This document shows positions 38,788-47,500 of a stretch of 64,000 nt of DNA, piece after piece. The number at the start of each line of letters is the position of its first letter. Within the stretch, counting starts at the first letter, position 1. A program made the translations under genes and the position numbers. The stretch comes from Acutalibacteraceae bacterium (lineage in GTDB: Bacteria; Bacillota; Clostridia; Oscillospirales; Acutalibacteraceae): contig JBJEQG010000057.1 in assembly GCA_051881635.1 (NCBI GenBank), positions 1,695 through 65,694 on the forward strand, read 5' to 3'. The notes under the pieces were generated by a model, which was given only the letters and a program-made list of their open reading frames with translations, ran no database searches and had not been told where the DNA came from.

Positions 38788-39261
38788 ATGAAAAATGACA
38801 AAGAAAGTTTCAGAAAGCTTTTAACAGAAAATTTGCCTCAGCGTATCAAGCATTATCTTACAATCGGCTGTGTTTCTTTTACGGCTGTGGAAATCATTGT
38901 GTCTGTTCTCAATGTTTGTACGGATTTAATGTCATCTAATATATGGGCATTTAATTTAGAGGCTTTTGTTGTATGTTTAACGATTGCTGTTCTTATGTTT
39001 TTTACCGATGTACTTACATATAATTTAAGTCAACTTTTGGGCATACTTATTCAGTTGACCGATGTTACTGTTGTTGTTATAGGTTTGGGCGGTTTTGTGT
39101 TTAATTGGTTTCCGATGAAATGGAATTTTTTGCTTTTGGTTTTAGGCATAATCTTTGCGGTTTATATCATTGTTTATGGTGCCATGATTTTTAGCACAAG
39201 AGTGACTTCATACCAAGTCAACAAAAAAATTATCGAAAGAAAGGAAGAAAAGAAAAAATGA
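38788..39261 (+). CDS. DUF3021-like small polytopic membrane protein (usual partner of LytTR regulators)
   Basis: GAGGAGGAG RBS and four predicted TM helices, immediately after the LytTR gene. Confidence 0.6.
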   Translation: MKNDKESFRKLLTENLPQRIKHYLTIGCVSFTAVEIIVSVLNVCTDLMSSNIWAFNLEAFVVCLTIAVLMFFTDVLTYNLSQLLGILIQLTDVTVVVIGLGGFVFNWFPMKWNFLLLVLGIIFAVYIIVYGAMIFSTRVTSYQVNKKIIERKEEKKK

Positions 39262-40184
39262 CGGAGAAGATTATTGAGGTTACAGACCTGAAAAAATCCT
39301 ACGGTGATGTTCAAGCGGTCAAGGGATTGAGTTTTTATGTTGAACAGGGGCAGTTGTTTGCGTTTTTAGGACCGAATGGTGCGGGAAAGTCAACAACCAT
39401 TGATATTATTACAACCTTTCTGAAAAAGGACAGTGGCACTGTTATGATTGACGGCTGTTCCTTAGACAGCGAAAAATATAAAATCCGAGAACGCATAGGT
39501 GCAGTATTTCAGGATAATGTACTTGACGCCCGTTTGACGGTATATGAAAATATAATTATGCGTGGCAGTTTATATGGCTTAAAGAACAAAGCACTCAAAG
39601 AAGCGGCTGAAAACGCCATAAAAATTGCGGAAGTTGAGGACTTCAAAAATCGTATGTATGGAAAGTTATCGGGAGGACAACGCAGACGAGCCGATATAGC
39701 CCGTGCATTGATACATACACCTAAAATTCTGTTTTTGGACGAGCCGACAACAGGACTTGACCCCCAAACCCGAAAGAGTGTTTGGCAGACAATCCGCCGT
39801 TTGCAAGCGGAAACGGGTATGACCGTTTTTTTGACCACGCATTATATGGAGGAAGCGGCGGAGGCAGATTATATGGTTATTGTCAATCATGGTGAGATTG
39901 CCGCCAAAGGAACACCGGCTATGCTTAAAGAGCAATATGCCGCTGATTTCCTCAAAATCACACCCAAAAACTCCGCTCATGATGAACTTGTAGCTTTTCT
40001 AAACAAACGCCAATGTTCTTTTAATGAGGTTGGCGGTGTTTTTAAAATTCCCGTCAAAAGCAGTATGGAGGCATTGCCTTTATTGATTTCCTGTCAGGAT
40101 AAAATTGAGGGCTTTGAGGTTGTCAACGGCACAATGGACGATGCGTTTATTGCAATTACAGGAGAGGAGAAAAGCAATGATTAA
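39258..40184 (+). CDS. ABC transporter ATP-binding protein (ABC-2/DrrA type)
   Basis: GPNGAGKST, LSGGQRRR, LFLDEPTTGLDP. ATGA overlap with the upstream gene. Confidence 0.92.
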   Translation: MTEKIIEVTDLKKSYGDVQAVKGLSFYVEQGQLFAFLGPNGAGKSTTIDIITTFLKKDSGTVMIDGCSLDSEKYKIRERIGAVFQDNVLDARLTVYENIIMRGSLYGLKNKALKEAAENAIKIAEVEDFKNRMYGKLSGGQRRRADIARALIHTPKILFLDEPTTGLDPQTRKSVWQTIRRLQAETGMTVFLTTHYMEEAAEADYMVIVNHGEIAAKGTPAMLKEQYAADFLKITPKNSAHDELVAFLNKRQCSFNEVGGVFKIPVKSSMEALPLLISCQDKIEGFEVVNGTMDDAFIAITGEEKSND

Positions 40185-41037
40185 GTTTGCTGAAAGAAAT
40201 TTGAAAATATTTTTGCGTGACAGAGCGGCGGTATTTTTTTCTCTGCTTGCCGTTTTGATTGTTTTGGGTCTGTATCTTCTTTTTTTGGGCGAACAGCTTG
40301 TAAGTAATGTTTCGGAGCTTGTAGACGGAGCAGATTTTCTTATGAACAGTTGGATTTTTGCGGGTGTACTTGCCGTAACATCTGTAACTTCAACCTTAGG
40401 TTCTTTTGGTGTTATAATTAACGATAAAAGCAAGAAAATCTATAAAGATTTGATTTGTACACCGATAAAACCATGGAAGTTGGTGGGCGGATATATTTTA
40501 AGTTCTTTTTGCGTTGGTATGATTATGTCAATAATCGTTTTTATATTGTCAGAAGTCTTTATTGTCATAAATGGTGGCGAGTTGTTACCGCTTTCATTGG
40601 CAGCGGAAGTTTTAGGAACGATTGTGGTTGCGGTTCTTGCAAGTTCTGCGATGATGTACTTTATTGTTTCATTCTTTAACAGTCAAGGGGCATTTACGGC
40701 GGCAAGCACTGTTATTGGCACATTGATTGGGTTTATTATGGGGATTTATTTGCCGATTGGAGAATTATCCGAAGGTTTGCAGTATGTTATTGAGTTTTTC
40801 CCGATTTCTCATGCCGCCTCACTGTTCCGAAAATTTTTTATGGAAGTTCCGCTTGACCGCAGCTTTTCAGGTATTCCAAATGAATTTGCCACACAGTTTA
40901 AAGTACAAATGGGGATAGAATATAAAGTCGGTGACTTTACATTTTCAAGTTTGGACAGCTTGTTTTATTTGCTTGTAACCGCCATTGTATTTTATATTTT
41001 GGGCATATTGATTACCGCCCGAAAACGCAATAAATAA
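40177..41037 (+). CDS. ABC-2 type transporter permease
   Basis: Six predicted TM helices. The start overlaps the ATPase stop by 8 nt. Confidence 0.8.
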   Translation: MIKFAERNLKIFLRDRAAVFFSLLAVLIVLGLYLLFLGEQLVSNVSELVDGADFLMNSWIFAGVLAVTSVTSTLGSFGVIINDKSKKIYKDLICTPIKPWKLVGGYILSSFCVGMIMSIIVFILSEVFIVINGGELLPLSLAAEVLGTIVVAVLASSAMMYFIVSFFNSQGAFTAASTVIGTLIGFIMGIYLPIGELSEGLQYVIEFFPISHAASLFRKFFMEVPLDRSFSGIPNEFATQFKVQMGIEYKVGDFTFSSLDSLFYLLVTAIVFYILGILITARKRNK

Positions 41038-41072
41038 ATATTCATGAGAAGTACAAGTAAACACCTGCTATA

Positions 41073-41124
41073 AAAAAGCTCCTGTTAGACACTGAAAAAG
41101 TGATAACAGGAGCTTTTTATTTTA
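41073..41124 (+). terminator. Rho-independent terminator closing the ABC operon
   Basis: AAAAAGCTCCTGTTA-N16-TAACAGGAGCTTTTT stem followed by ATTTT. Confidence 0.85.
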
Positions 41125-41195
41125 TTATGTAATGAATTTATTTAATCAAAATATTAAGATTTTTTCATTTATAAAAAATAAAATTATATAAATTG

Positions 41196-41225
41196 TTGTA
41201 ATTTAATGTCAAATTGTGGTATAAT
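41196..41225 (+). promoter_or_regulatory. Candidate promoter with extended -10 (TTGTAA-18-TGgTATAAT)
   Basis: TATAAT at 41220-25 preceded by TGG, with -35-like TTGTAA at 41196-201, in an A+T-rich 140-nt spacer. Confidence 0.5.
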
Positions 41226-41268
41226 TATCGTGATTTAATTCTGAGTGAAAAAATAAGGAAGTGATATA

Positions 41269-44200
41269 ATGAAGTTAATTATATTTATTGATACAGAGGT
41301 CAATCCGTCCGATAATAAAATACTCGATTTGGGTGCAGTTACATCAGATGATAGTCAGTTTCACAGTAACTCCCAAAGTGATTTTTCTAAATTCGTATCA
41401 AAAGCAAAATATATTGCAGGGCATAATATCCTTATGCACGACTTAAATTATGTGGGAAGTCTGATTGAGGAAGGAACTCAGTTTATAGATACACTTTTTC
41501 TTTCTCCGTTGATGTTTCCGACTAAACCTTATCATGCCTTGCTGAAAGATGATAAACTTCAAACGGATACATTAAGCAATCCGCTTAATGATGCCGTTAA
41601 GTCAATGGAACTGTTTTTTGATGAGGTCAATGCCTTTCAAAGTCTGGACAGTGATATGCAGAAAATATATTATTGTCTTTTAAATAAAGAGAAAGAGTTT
41701 AGCGGATTTTTTGACTATATTGATTTTAGTGTCAGTGATGATGTTATTCCAATTATCAGGAAAAAATTTAAGGGCAAGATTTGTGAGAATGTCAATCTTG
41801 CATTTATGGTATCTAATCACCCAATTCCATTAGCATATTGTCTTGCCACTATTTTTGCAGACGATAAACATTCAATTATACCCCCATGGGTTTGCAGGCA
41901 ATATCCGCTTGTAGAAAATTATATGCGTGTTCTCAGAAACAATCCTTGTGACGAGGGCTGTTTATATTGTAAAAAGATACTTAATGTAAGGTCCAAACTG
42001 AAAGAAATTTTTGGATATGACAATTTCAGAACATATAACGGTGAACCTTTGCAAGAGAAAGCTGCCGAAGCGGCAGTAAGGAATAAATCCCTGTTGGCTA
42101 TTTTTCCGACAGGTGGAGGAAAGTCAATCACATTTCAACTCCCCGCACTTATGGCAGGAGAAAATGTAAAAGGATTGACGGTTGTTATTTCCCCGTTACA
42201 GTCCCTTATGAAAGACCAGGTTGATAATTTAAACGCATTAGGTCTTGCTGATGCTGTAACAATCAATGGGCTTTTAAATTCAGTCGAAAGGGCGGAGGCG
42301 ATTGAAAGGGTTGCAAGTGGTATAGCAACTTTGTTGTATCTTTCTCCCGAATCTTTGCGTTCAAGAACCATTGAGAAACTTTTGCTTTCAAGAAATGTTG
42401 TGCGGTTTGTAATTGATGAGGCACACTGTTTTTCAGCATGGGGACAGGATTTTCGTGTGGATTATCTGTATATAGGCGATTTTATCCGTCAATTTCAAAA
42501 AAAGAAAAATTTAAATTATGCCATACCCGTTTCATGCTTTACAGCAACCGCAAAACAGAAAGTTATTAGCGATATATGCGACTATTTCAAGAAAAAGCTT
42601 GATATTGATTTGGAGCTTTATGCAACAGCGGCTGTCCGAACAAATTTAAGATATGAAGTTTTATATAAAGAAACCGATGATGAGAAATATCAAACCCTCA
42701 GACAGCTAATAGAACAAAGACAATGTTCAACCATTGTCTATGTTTCAAGAACCAAAAGAACATACGAAATTGCACAGAAGTTAGTCGATGACGGTTTTTC
42801 GGCAAAGCCGTTTAACGGTAAAATGGAAAGCAGCGAAAAAATCGAAAATCAAGAGGATTTTATAAATGGAAAAGTTCAAATTATTGTTGCAACATCAGCT
42901 TTTGGAATGGGCGTTGATAAAAAAGATGTAAAGCTTGTCATTCATTACGATATTTCGGATTCTCTTGAAAATTATGTTCAGGAAGCGGGACGGGCAGGGC
43001 GTGACCCGTCAATTCAAGCGGAGTGTTATGTACTTTTTAATGAAAATGATTTGGATAAACACTTTATACTTTTAAATCAAACGAAACTAAGCCAAAGTGA
43101 AATCCAACAGATTTGGAAGGCAATTAAAGATTTAACCAAAAACAGACCTCGTTTGTGTTGTTCAGCACTTGAAATTGCAAGACAAGCCGGTTGGGACGAA
43201 AGTGTTTCAGAAATTGAAACAAGAGTAAAAACAGCCGTATCAGCCCTTGAAAACGCCGATTATATTCAGCGTGGTCAAAATGTTCCCCATGTTTATGCAA
43301 CAGGTATTTTAGTTAAGAGTATGTCAGAGGCTTCCGAGTGGATAAGAAATTCCCCACGCTTTGATAGCCGTCAGGCTGAAAACGCCCTTAGAATTATTAA
43401 AATGCTGATTTCAAGTAAAAATATCTCTCTTGCAGATAATGATAATGCAGAAACCCGTATAGATTATATTGCCGATATTCTCGGATTAACCAAAGATGAT
43501 GTTGTCGAGTCAATCGACCTTATGCGGGAGGATAATCTTTTGGCAGATACACAGGATTTGACCGCATATATAAAGGGAACGGATACCCAAAATAAATCTC
43601 AAAACATTTTAAACAGATTTATGCGTTTGGAAAGTTTTTTAATAGACCGACTTGTTGACGGTGAACATAGCTTTAATTTAAAAGAGTTAAACGAACAAGC
43701 CGAACAAAGCGGTGTTAAATTCACTTCCGTTAAATCTATAAAAACCTTGTTATACTATTGGACGATTAAAAGTTATATTTCAAAACAATATAATACTTCC
43801 GATAGATATACCGAAATTATCTTGCAAACAGATATTGAAAAATTGAAAACAACATTTCAAAAGCGGGTTGAGCTTGCCGGATTTATTGTCAACCATTTGT
43901 ATTTAAAAACATCAGACACACCGATTGGAAAGAAAGAGGAAATTTTGGTGCAGTTTTCGATTTTGGAACTGCAAAAAGCCTATAAAGACAAGTTTAATGC
44001 GGAAGTGACATTCCGTGAAATTCAAGATGCACTTTTGTATCTTTCAAAAATAAATTCCTTACAGCTTGAAGGCGGATTTCTTGTTTTATACAATGCTATG
44101 GAAATCACTCGAATAGAGTTGGATAACCGTATAAAGTATAAACAAGAGGATTATAAACAGCTCGATGAATTTTATAAGCATAAGATACAGCAAATTCATA

Positions 44201-46041
44201 TTGTTGGCGAATATGCCAATATGGTTGTCAAAAATTATGATGATGCTTTGCAGTTTGTAAATGATTACTTCCAGCTTGATTATCAGTTATTTTTAAGCAA
44301 ATATTTTAAAGGTAATCGAATGGGAGAAATCAATCGAAATATTACACCTCAAAAGTACAATCAGCTTTTTGCTAATCTTTCTATACCTCAGCGAAAGATT
44401 ATTGATGATGATATTTCTAAAAACATTGTGGTTACCGCAGGACCGGGCAGCGGTAAAACACGGGTTCTTGTTCATAAGTTGGCGTCACTTATGTTGTTGG
44501 AAGATGTAAAGCATGAGCAGCTTTTGATGTTGACCTTTTCCCGAATTGCGGCGACCGAATTTAAGCAAAGACTTTATGATTTGATAGGGAATGCCGCCGC
44601 TTTTCTTGATGCCAAGACTTTTCATTCATATTGTTTTGACCTTATGGGCAGAGTTGGCAGTATTGAAAACTCAAAAGATATTGTAAAAAATGCCGCAGAA
44701 ATGATTAGAAACGGAGAAGTTGAGCAAGGCAAAATTACAAAGAAAGTCATTGTTATTGATGAAGCCCAAGACATGGACGAGAATGAATTTTCATTGATTG
44801 AAGCACTTATGGAGCAAAATGAAGATTTGCATATTATTGCGGTTGGAGATGATGACCAAAATATTTACGATTTCAGAGGTTCAGATTCAAAATACTTAAA
44901 GAGGTTAATTGACGATTATAACGCAACAAAATATGACCTGCTTGATAATTACAGAAGTGCTAAAAGTATAGTTGAAACCGCCAATAGTTTTGCACAGACG
45001 ATTTCTGTCCGTTTGAAATCCGAGCCTATTTGTGCAATGAGCAGCGAGAGTGGTATCGTCAAATTTATAAAGCACACAAGTAAAAATATGGAATATCCGA
45101 TTGTAAACGACATAAAAAACAATTCCGATAAGGGAACTGTATGTGTTCTTACAAATACCAACGATGAGGCTGTCAGGGTTGTAGGCTTACTGAAAAAGGA
45201 GGGAATACCCGCACAGCTTATTCAATCAAATGACGGCTTTGACCTTTATGACCTTGCGGAATTGCGAATGTTTATGAAATATATTTCTGACCGTCCTGAT
45301 GACACGCCAATTATTTCCGATGAAGATTGGAATAAAGCGATTGAAAAGTTAAAGTCGTACTATGCCGGCAGTAACTGTCTTGAAATGTGCCTGCGGTTGT
45401 TAGATAATTTTTCCTCAGTTGAAAGAAAGCGGTACAGGTCTGATTTGGAGATGTTTATTCATGAATCTCAAATTTCGGATTTTTATGAAGAAAACCAAAA
45501 TGCCGTTGTTGTATCAACAATTCATAAATCCAAAGGAAAAGAATTTGATTATGTGTATATGCTCCTAAACAATATCCGCCTTGATAATGATGAGCAAAAG
45601 CGTAGAATTTATGTTGGTATGACAAGGGCAAAGAAAGCATTGTATATACATTATAACAACACAGTGTTTGACAAGTTTGCAAAAGAAATTATTTTTGATG
45701 ATACAAATTATTCCGCACCGTCAGAAATTATGGTTCAATTCACACATAAAGATTTGTATCTTAGTTATTCTAATCCCCGAACAGATATTAAGCGGATAAT
45801 ATTGAAACATAAAAGCGGAGATAGGCTTTATCTTAGAGGAAAGCTGCTTTACGAAAATGGCAGCAAAATACCGATTGCGATACTTTCGCAATCGGCAAAG
45901 GAGCGTTTGGAACAATTTTATCAAAAAGGTTATCAGGTGTATGATGTTAAAATTCGTTTTATAGTTGCATGGAAATCGAAAGAACAACAAAGAGAAAATG
46001 CAATCATACTTCCGGATATTTACTTGCGTAAAAAAGATTGA
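41269..46041 (+). CDS. 1590-aa multidomain protein: N-terminal DnaQ-like (DEDD) exonuclease module + RecQ-like SF2 helicase core + uncharacterised ~430-aa linker + UvrD/PcrA-like SF1 helicase + ~125-aa C-terminal tail
   Basis: Exonuclease-like motifs: FIDTE, GHNILMHDL, YHALLKDD/NPLNDAV. RecQ motifs: FPTGGGKSITFQLPA, VISPLQSLMKDQ, VIDEAHCFSAWGQDFR, CFTATA, ATSAFGMGVDKKDV, QEAGRAGRD. UvrD motifs: VTAGPGSGKTRVLVHK, VIVIDEAQDM, AVGDDDQNIYDFRGS, DNYRS, STIHKSKGKEFDYV, YVGMTRAKKALYI. Confidence 0.85.
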   Translation: MKLIIFIDTEVNPSDNKILDLGAVTSDDSQFHSNSQSDFSKFVSKAKYIAGHNILMHDLNYVGSLIEEGTQFIDTLFLSPLMFPTKPYHALLKDDKLQTDTLSNPLNDAVKSMELFFDEVNAFQSLDSDMQKIYYCLLNKEKEFSGFFDYIDFSVSDDVIPIIRKKFKGKICENVNLAFMVSNHPIPLAYCLATIFADDKHSIIPPWVCRQYPLVENYMRVLRNNPCDEGCLYCKKILNVRSKLKEIFGYDNFRTYNGEPLQEKAAEAAVRNKSLLAIFPTGGGKSITFQLPALMAGENVKGLTVVISPLQSLMKDQVDNLNALGLADAVTINGLLNSVERAEAIERVASGIATLLYLSPESLRSRTIEKLLLSRNVVRFVIDEAHCFSAWGQDFRVDYLYIGDFIRQFQKKKNLNYAIPVSCFTATAKQKVISDICDYFKKKLDIDLELYATAAVRTNLRYEVLYKETDDEKYQTLRQLIEQRQCSTIVYVSRTKRTYEIAQKLVDDGFSAKPFNGKMESSEKIENQEDFINGKVQIIVATSAFGMGVDKKDVKLVIHYDISDSLENYVQEAGRAGRDPSIQAECYVLFNENDLDKHFILLNQTKLSQSEIQQIWKAIKDLTKNRPRLCCSALEIARQAGWDESVSEIETRVKTAVSALENADYIQRGQNVPHVYATGILVKSMSEASEWIRNSPRFDSRQAENALRIIKMLISSKNISLADNDNAETRIDYIADILGLTKDDVVESIDLMREDNLLADTQDLTAYIKGTDTQNKSQNILNRFMRLESFLIDRLVDGEHSFNLKELNEQAEQSGVKFTSVKSIKTLLYYWTIKSYISKQYNTSDRYTEIILQTDIEKLKTTFQKRVELAGFIVNHLYLKTSDTPIGKKEEILVQFSILELQKAYKDKFNAEVTFREIQDALLYLSKINSLQLEGGFLVLYNAMEITRIELDNRIKYKQEDYKQLDEFYKHKIQQIHIVGEYANMVVKNYDDALQFVNDYFQLDYQLFLSKYFKGNRMGEINRNITPQKYNQLFANLSIPQRKIIDDDISKNIVVTAGPGSGKTRVLVHKLASLMLLEDVKHEQLLMLTFSRIAATEFKQRLYDLIGNAAAFLDAKTFHSYCFDLMGRVGSIENSKDIVKNAAEMIRNGEVEQGKITKKVIVIDEAQDMDENEFSLIEALMEQNEDLHIIAVGDDDQNIYDFRGSDSKYLKRLIDDYNATKYDLLDNYRSAKSIVETANSFAQTISVRLKSEPICAMSSESGIVKFIKHTSKNMEYPIVNDIKNNSDKGTVCVLTNTNDEAVRVVGLLKKEGIPAQLIQSNDGFDLYDLAELRMFMKYISDRPDDTPIISDEDWNKAIEKLKSYYAGSNCLEMCLRLLDNFSSVERKRYRSDLEMFIHESQISDFYEENQNAVVVSTIHKSKGKEFDYVYMLLNNIRLDNDEQKRRIYVGMTRAKKALYIHYNNTVFDKFAKEIIFDDTNYSAPSEIMVQFTHKDLYLSYSNPRTDIKRIILKHKSGDRLYLRGKLLYENGSKIPIAILSQSAKERLEQFYQKGYQVYDVKIRFIVAWKSKEQQRENAIILPDIYLRKKD

Positions 46042-46062
46042 AACGAGATTGTTTCACGAAAC

Positions 46063-46917
46063 TTATGCATGGGAAAGTGTAGGAAACATAACCTTTTGAT
46101 TGTCTAAATTAAATCCCCTTACAAATAAATTGGTATCCTCAATTTTCAGTTCATTTACTGTATAACCGTCAGTTTCTTTTGGCGTAAATCCGAGAACAAC
46201 CCTTTTGATGTCACTGCCAAAGGCTTGTATTTCTTCTTCAAGTGTTACAGCAGTATTTGCAAATATGTTGTGTATAAAAAGACAGCCGTTCTCGATTTCC
46301 GCAATAATATAGGCATCGTTTTTGCGGTCATAATAAACGCTGTCCTGCATAAAGTTTGTTATGTAGAACATAATCAAATCGCTGTTGTTTATCATATCAA
46401 ACTGACCGTGAAATTGATTGGTTTGAATAGCCTTTTCGAGCTGTTTCCATTTTTCCATACAGTTCATGCTCAAAGGCTGAACGGTTTGGCTTTGAGTGAT
46501 GTTCACTGCTTTTGAGTATTGATATTCTCTGTCTTTGACAAAGCCGAATTTCGGATAAAACTCCAAAACATCACGACCTGCAAAAAGAAAAAATCTGTCT
46601 GTTTTGTCCTTGAAATCCTGTTCAATTTCATTCATGATTTGGCGAATTAGTCCTTTATTTCTGTATGTTTCGGCAGTCATAACCGTACCAAGCTGAATAA
46701 AGGAACGAATTTGTCCATTGTGCAGAATATCAATAATGTTAGCTGATACATTAGCAATAACTTCGTCATTCTCTACCATGGAATAGGGAATATACTTGTC
46801 ATTCCAAAAACCGTTTTGATACCAGCTTTCAAAACTCAGTCCGAAAGTTTCTGTGGCAAGCCTGTTCAGGCTGTGGCGTAAGGTATCATTCTTTCTGTAA
46901 TTTTTAACGATTTTCAT
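46063..46917 (-). CDS. GNAT family N-acetyltransferase
   Basis: YRNKGLIRQIM acetyl-CoA binding-type motif. AAAGGAG RBS lies 7 nt before the ATG at 46917. Confidence 0.7.
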   Translation of the reverse strand: MKIVKNYRKNDTLRHSLNRLATETFGLSFESWYQNGFWNDKYIPYSMVENDEVIANVSANIIDILHNGQIRSFIQLGTVMTAETYRNKGLIRQIMNEIEQDFKDKTDRFFLFAGRDVLEFYPKFGFVKDREYQYSKAVNITQSQTVQPLSMNCMEKWKQLEKAIQTNQFHGQFDMINNSDLIMFYITNFMQDSVYYDRKNDAYIIAEIENGCLFIHNIFANTAVTLEEEIQAFGSDIKRVVLGFTPKETDGYTVNELKIEDTNLFVRGFNLDNQKVMFPTLSHA

Positions 46918-47002
46918 TGAAAAAACTCCTTTGTGTTTGATTTTGGAAACTGACATTATTATAATACACCGTTTTATAAAAAGCGACCTCAAAAATAATT
47001 AT

Positions 47003-47048
47003 AAAAAAGCATGAGCCGTTATTTCAAAAATAACACGCCCATGCTTTT
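47003..47048 (-). terminator. Terminator after the CD3324-like gene
   Basis: On the minus strand, AAAAGCATGGGCGTGTTATTT-TTG-AAATAACGGCTCATGCTTTTTT: a long imperfect stem plus a T-tract. Confidence 0.7.
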
Positions 47049-47052
47049 GATT

Positions 47053-47328
47053 TTATGTTTTTAATTTCATACTGCGAATAATGCGTTGAATACTTTTTTC
47101 CGAAAGGAAGTATTTTTGAGCCAACGCTCCAACCTTTAAGCCCAAGCAATAGTCTTTGTAAATATTTTGGTTTCGTTCGTTCAGGCTTTGGCGAGCCGTT
47201 GTTTTCGTACCCCAAGCGGTACGGGAATTTGTTTTTTTCGGAATATAAATATTCTCTCCGTCAACATATTGTTGAATCATCTCAATGATTTCCTGCGGTA
47301 AAATTTTTTCCGCACGAATATAGCCCAT
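47053..47328 (-). CDS. Small HTH protein (CD3324 / Mor-like family)
   Basis: 91 aa; MGYIRAEKILPQEIIEMIQQYVDGENIYIPKK... with a C-terminal HTH (LAQKYFLSEKSIQRII). Confidence 0.65.
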   Translation of the reverse strand: MGYIRAEKILPQEIIEMIQQYVDGENIYIPKKTNSRTAWGTKTTARQSLNERNQNIYKDYCLGLKVGALAQKYFLSEKSIQRIIRSMKLKT

Positions 47329-47361
47329 ATTTGCCTCCTAAAATCTGTTATTCTTTTAGGA

Positions 47362-47413
47362 ATAGCATTCGGCTATACAATATTTGATTTTGATTGCAAT
47401 AGCCAAATGCTAT
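47362..47413. repeat. 15-bp inverted repeat (14/15 match) with a 22-nt spacer
   Basis: ATAGCATTCGGCTAT (47362-76) versus ATAGCCAAATGCTAT (47399-413), between the EamA stop and the CD3324-like start. Confidence 0.7.
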
Positions 47414-47500
47414 GCAACGATAACATATCTTGTCATAAAGAAAAATACCCTCCTTTTAAAGTGTTCTTTGGCTTTAATTTATCATATAAAAATGACCGTG

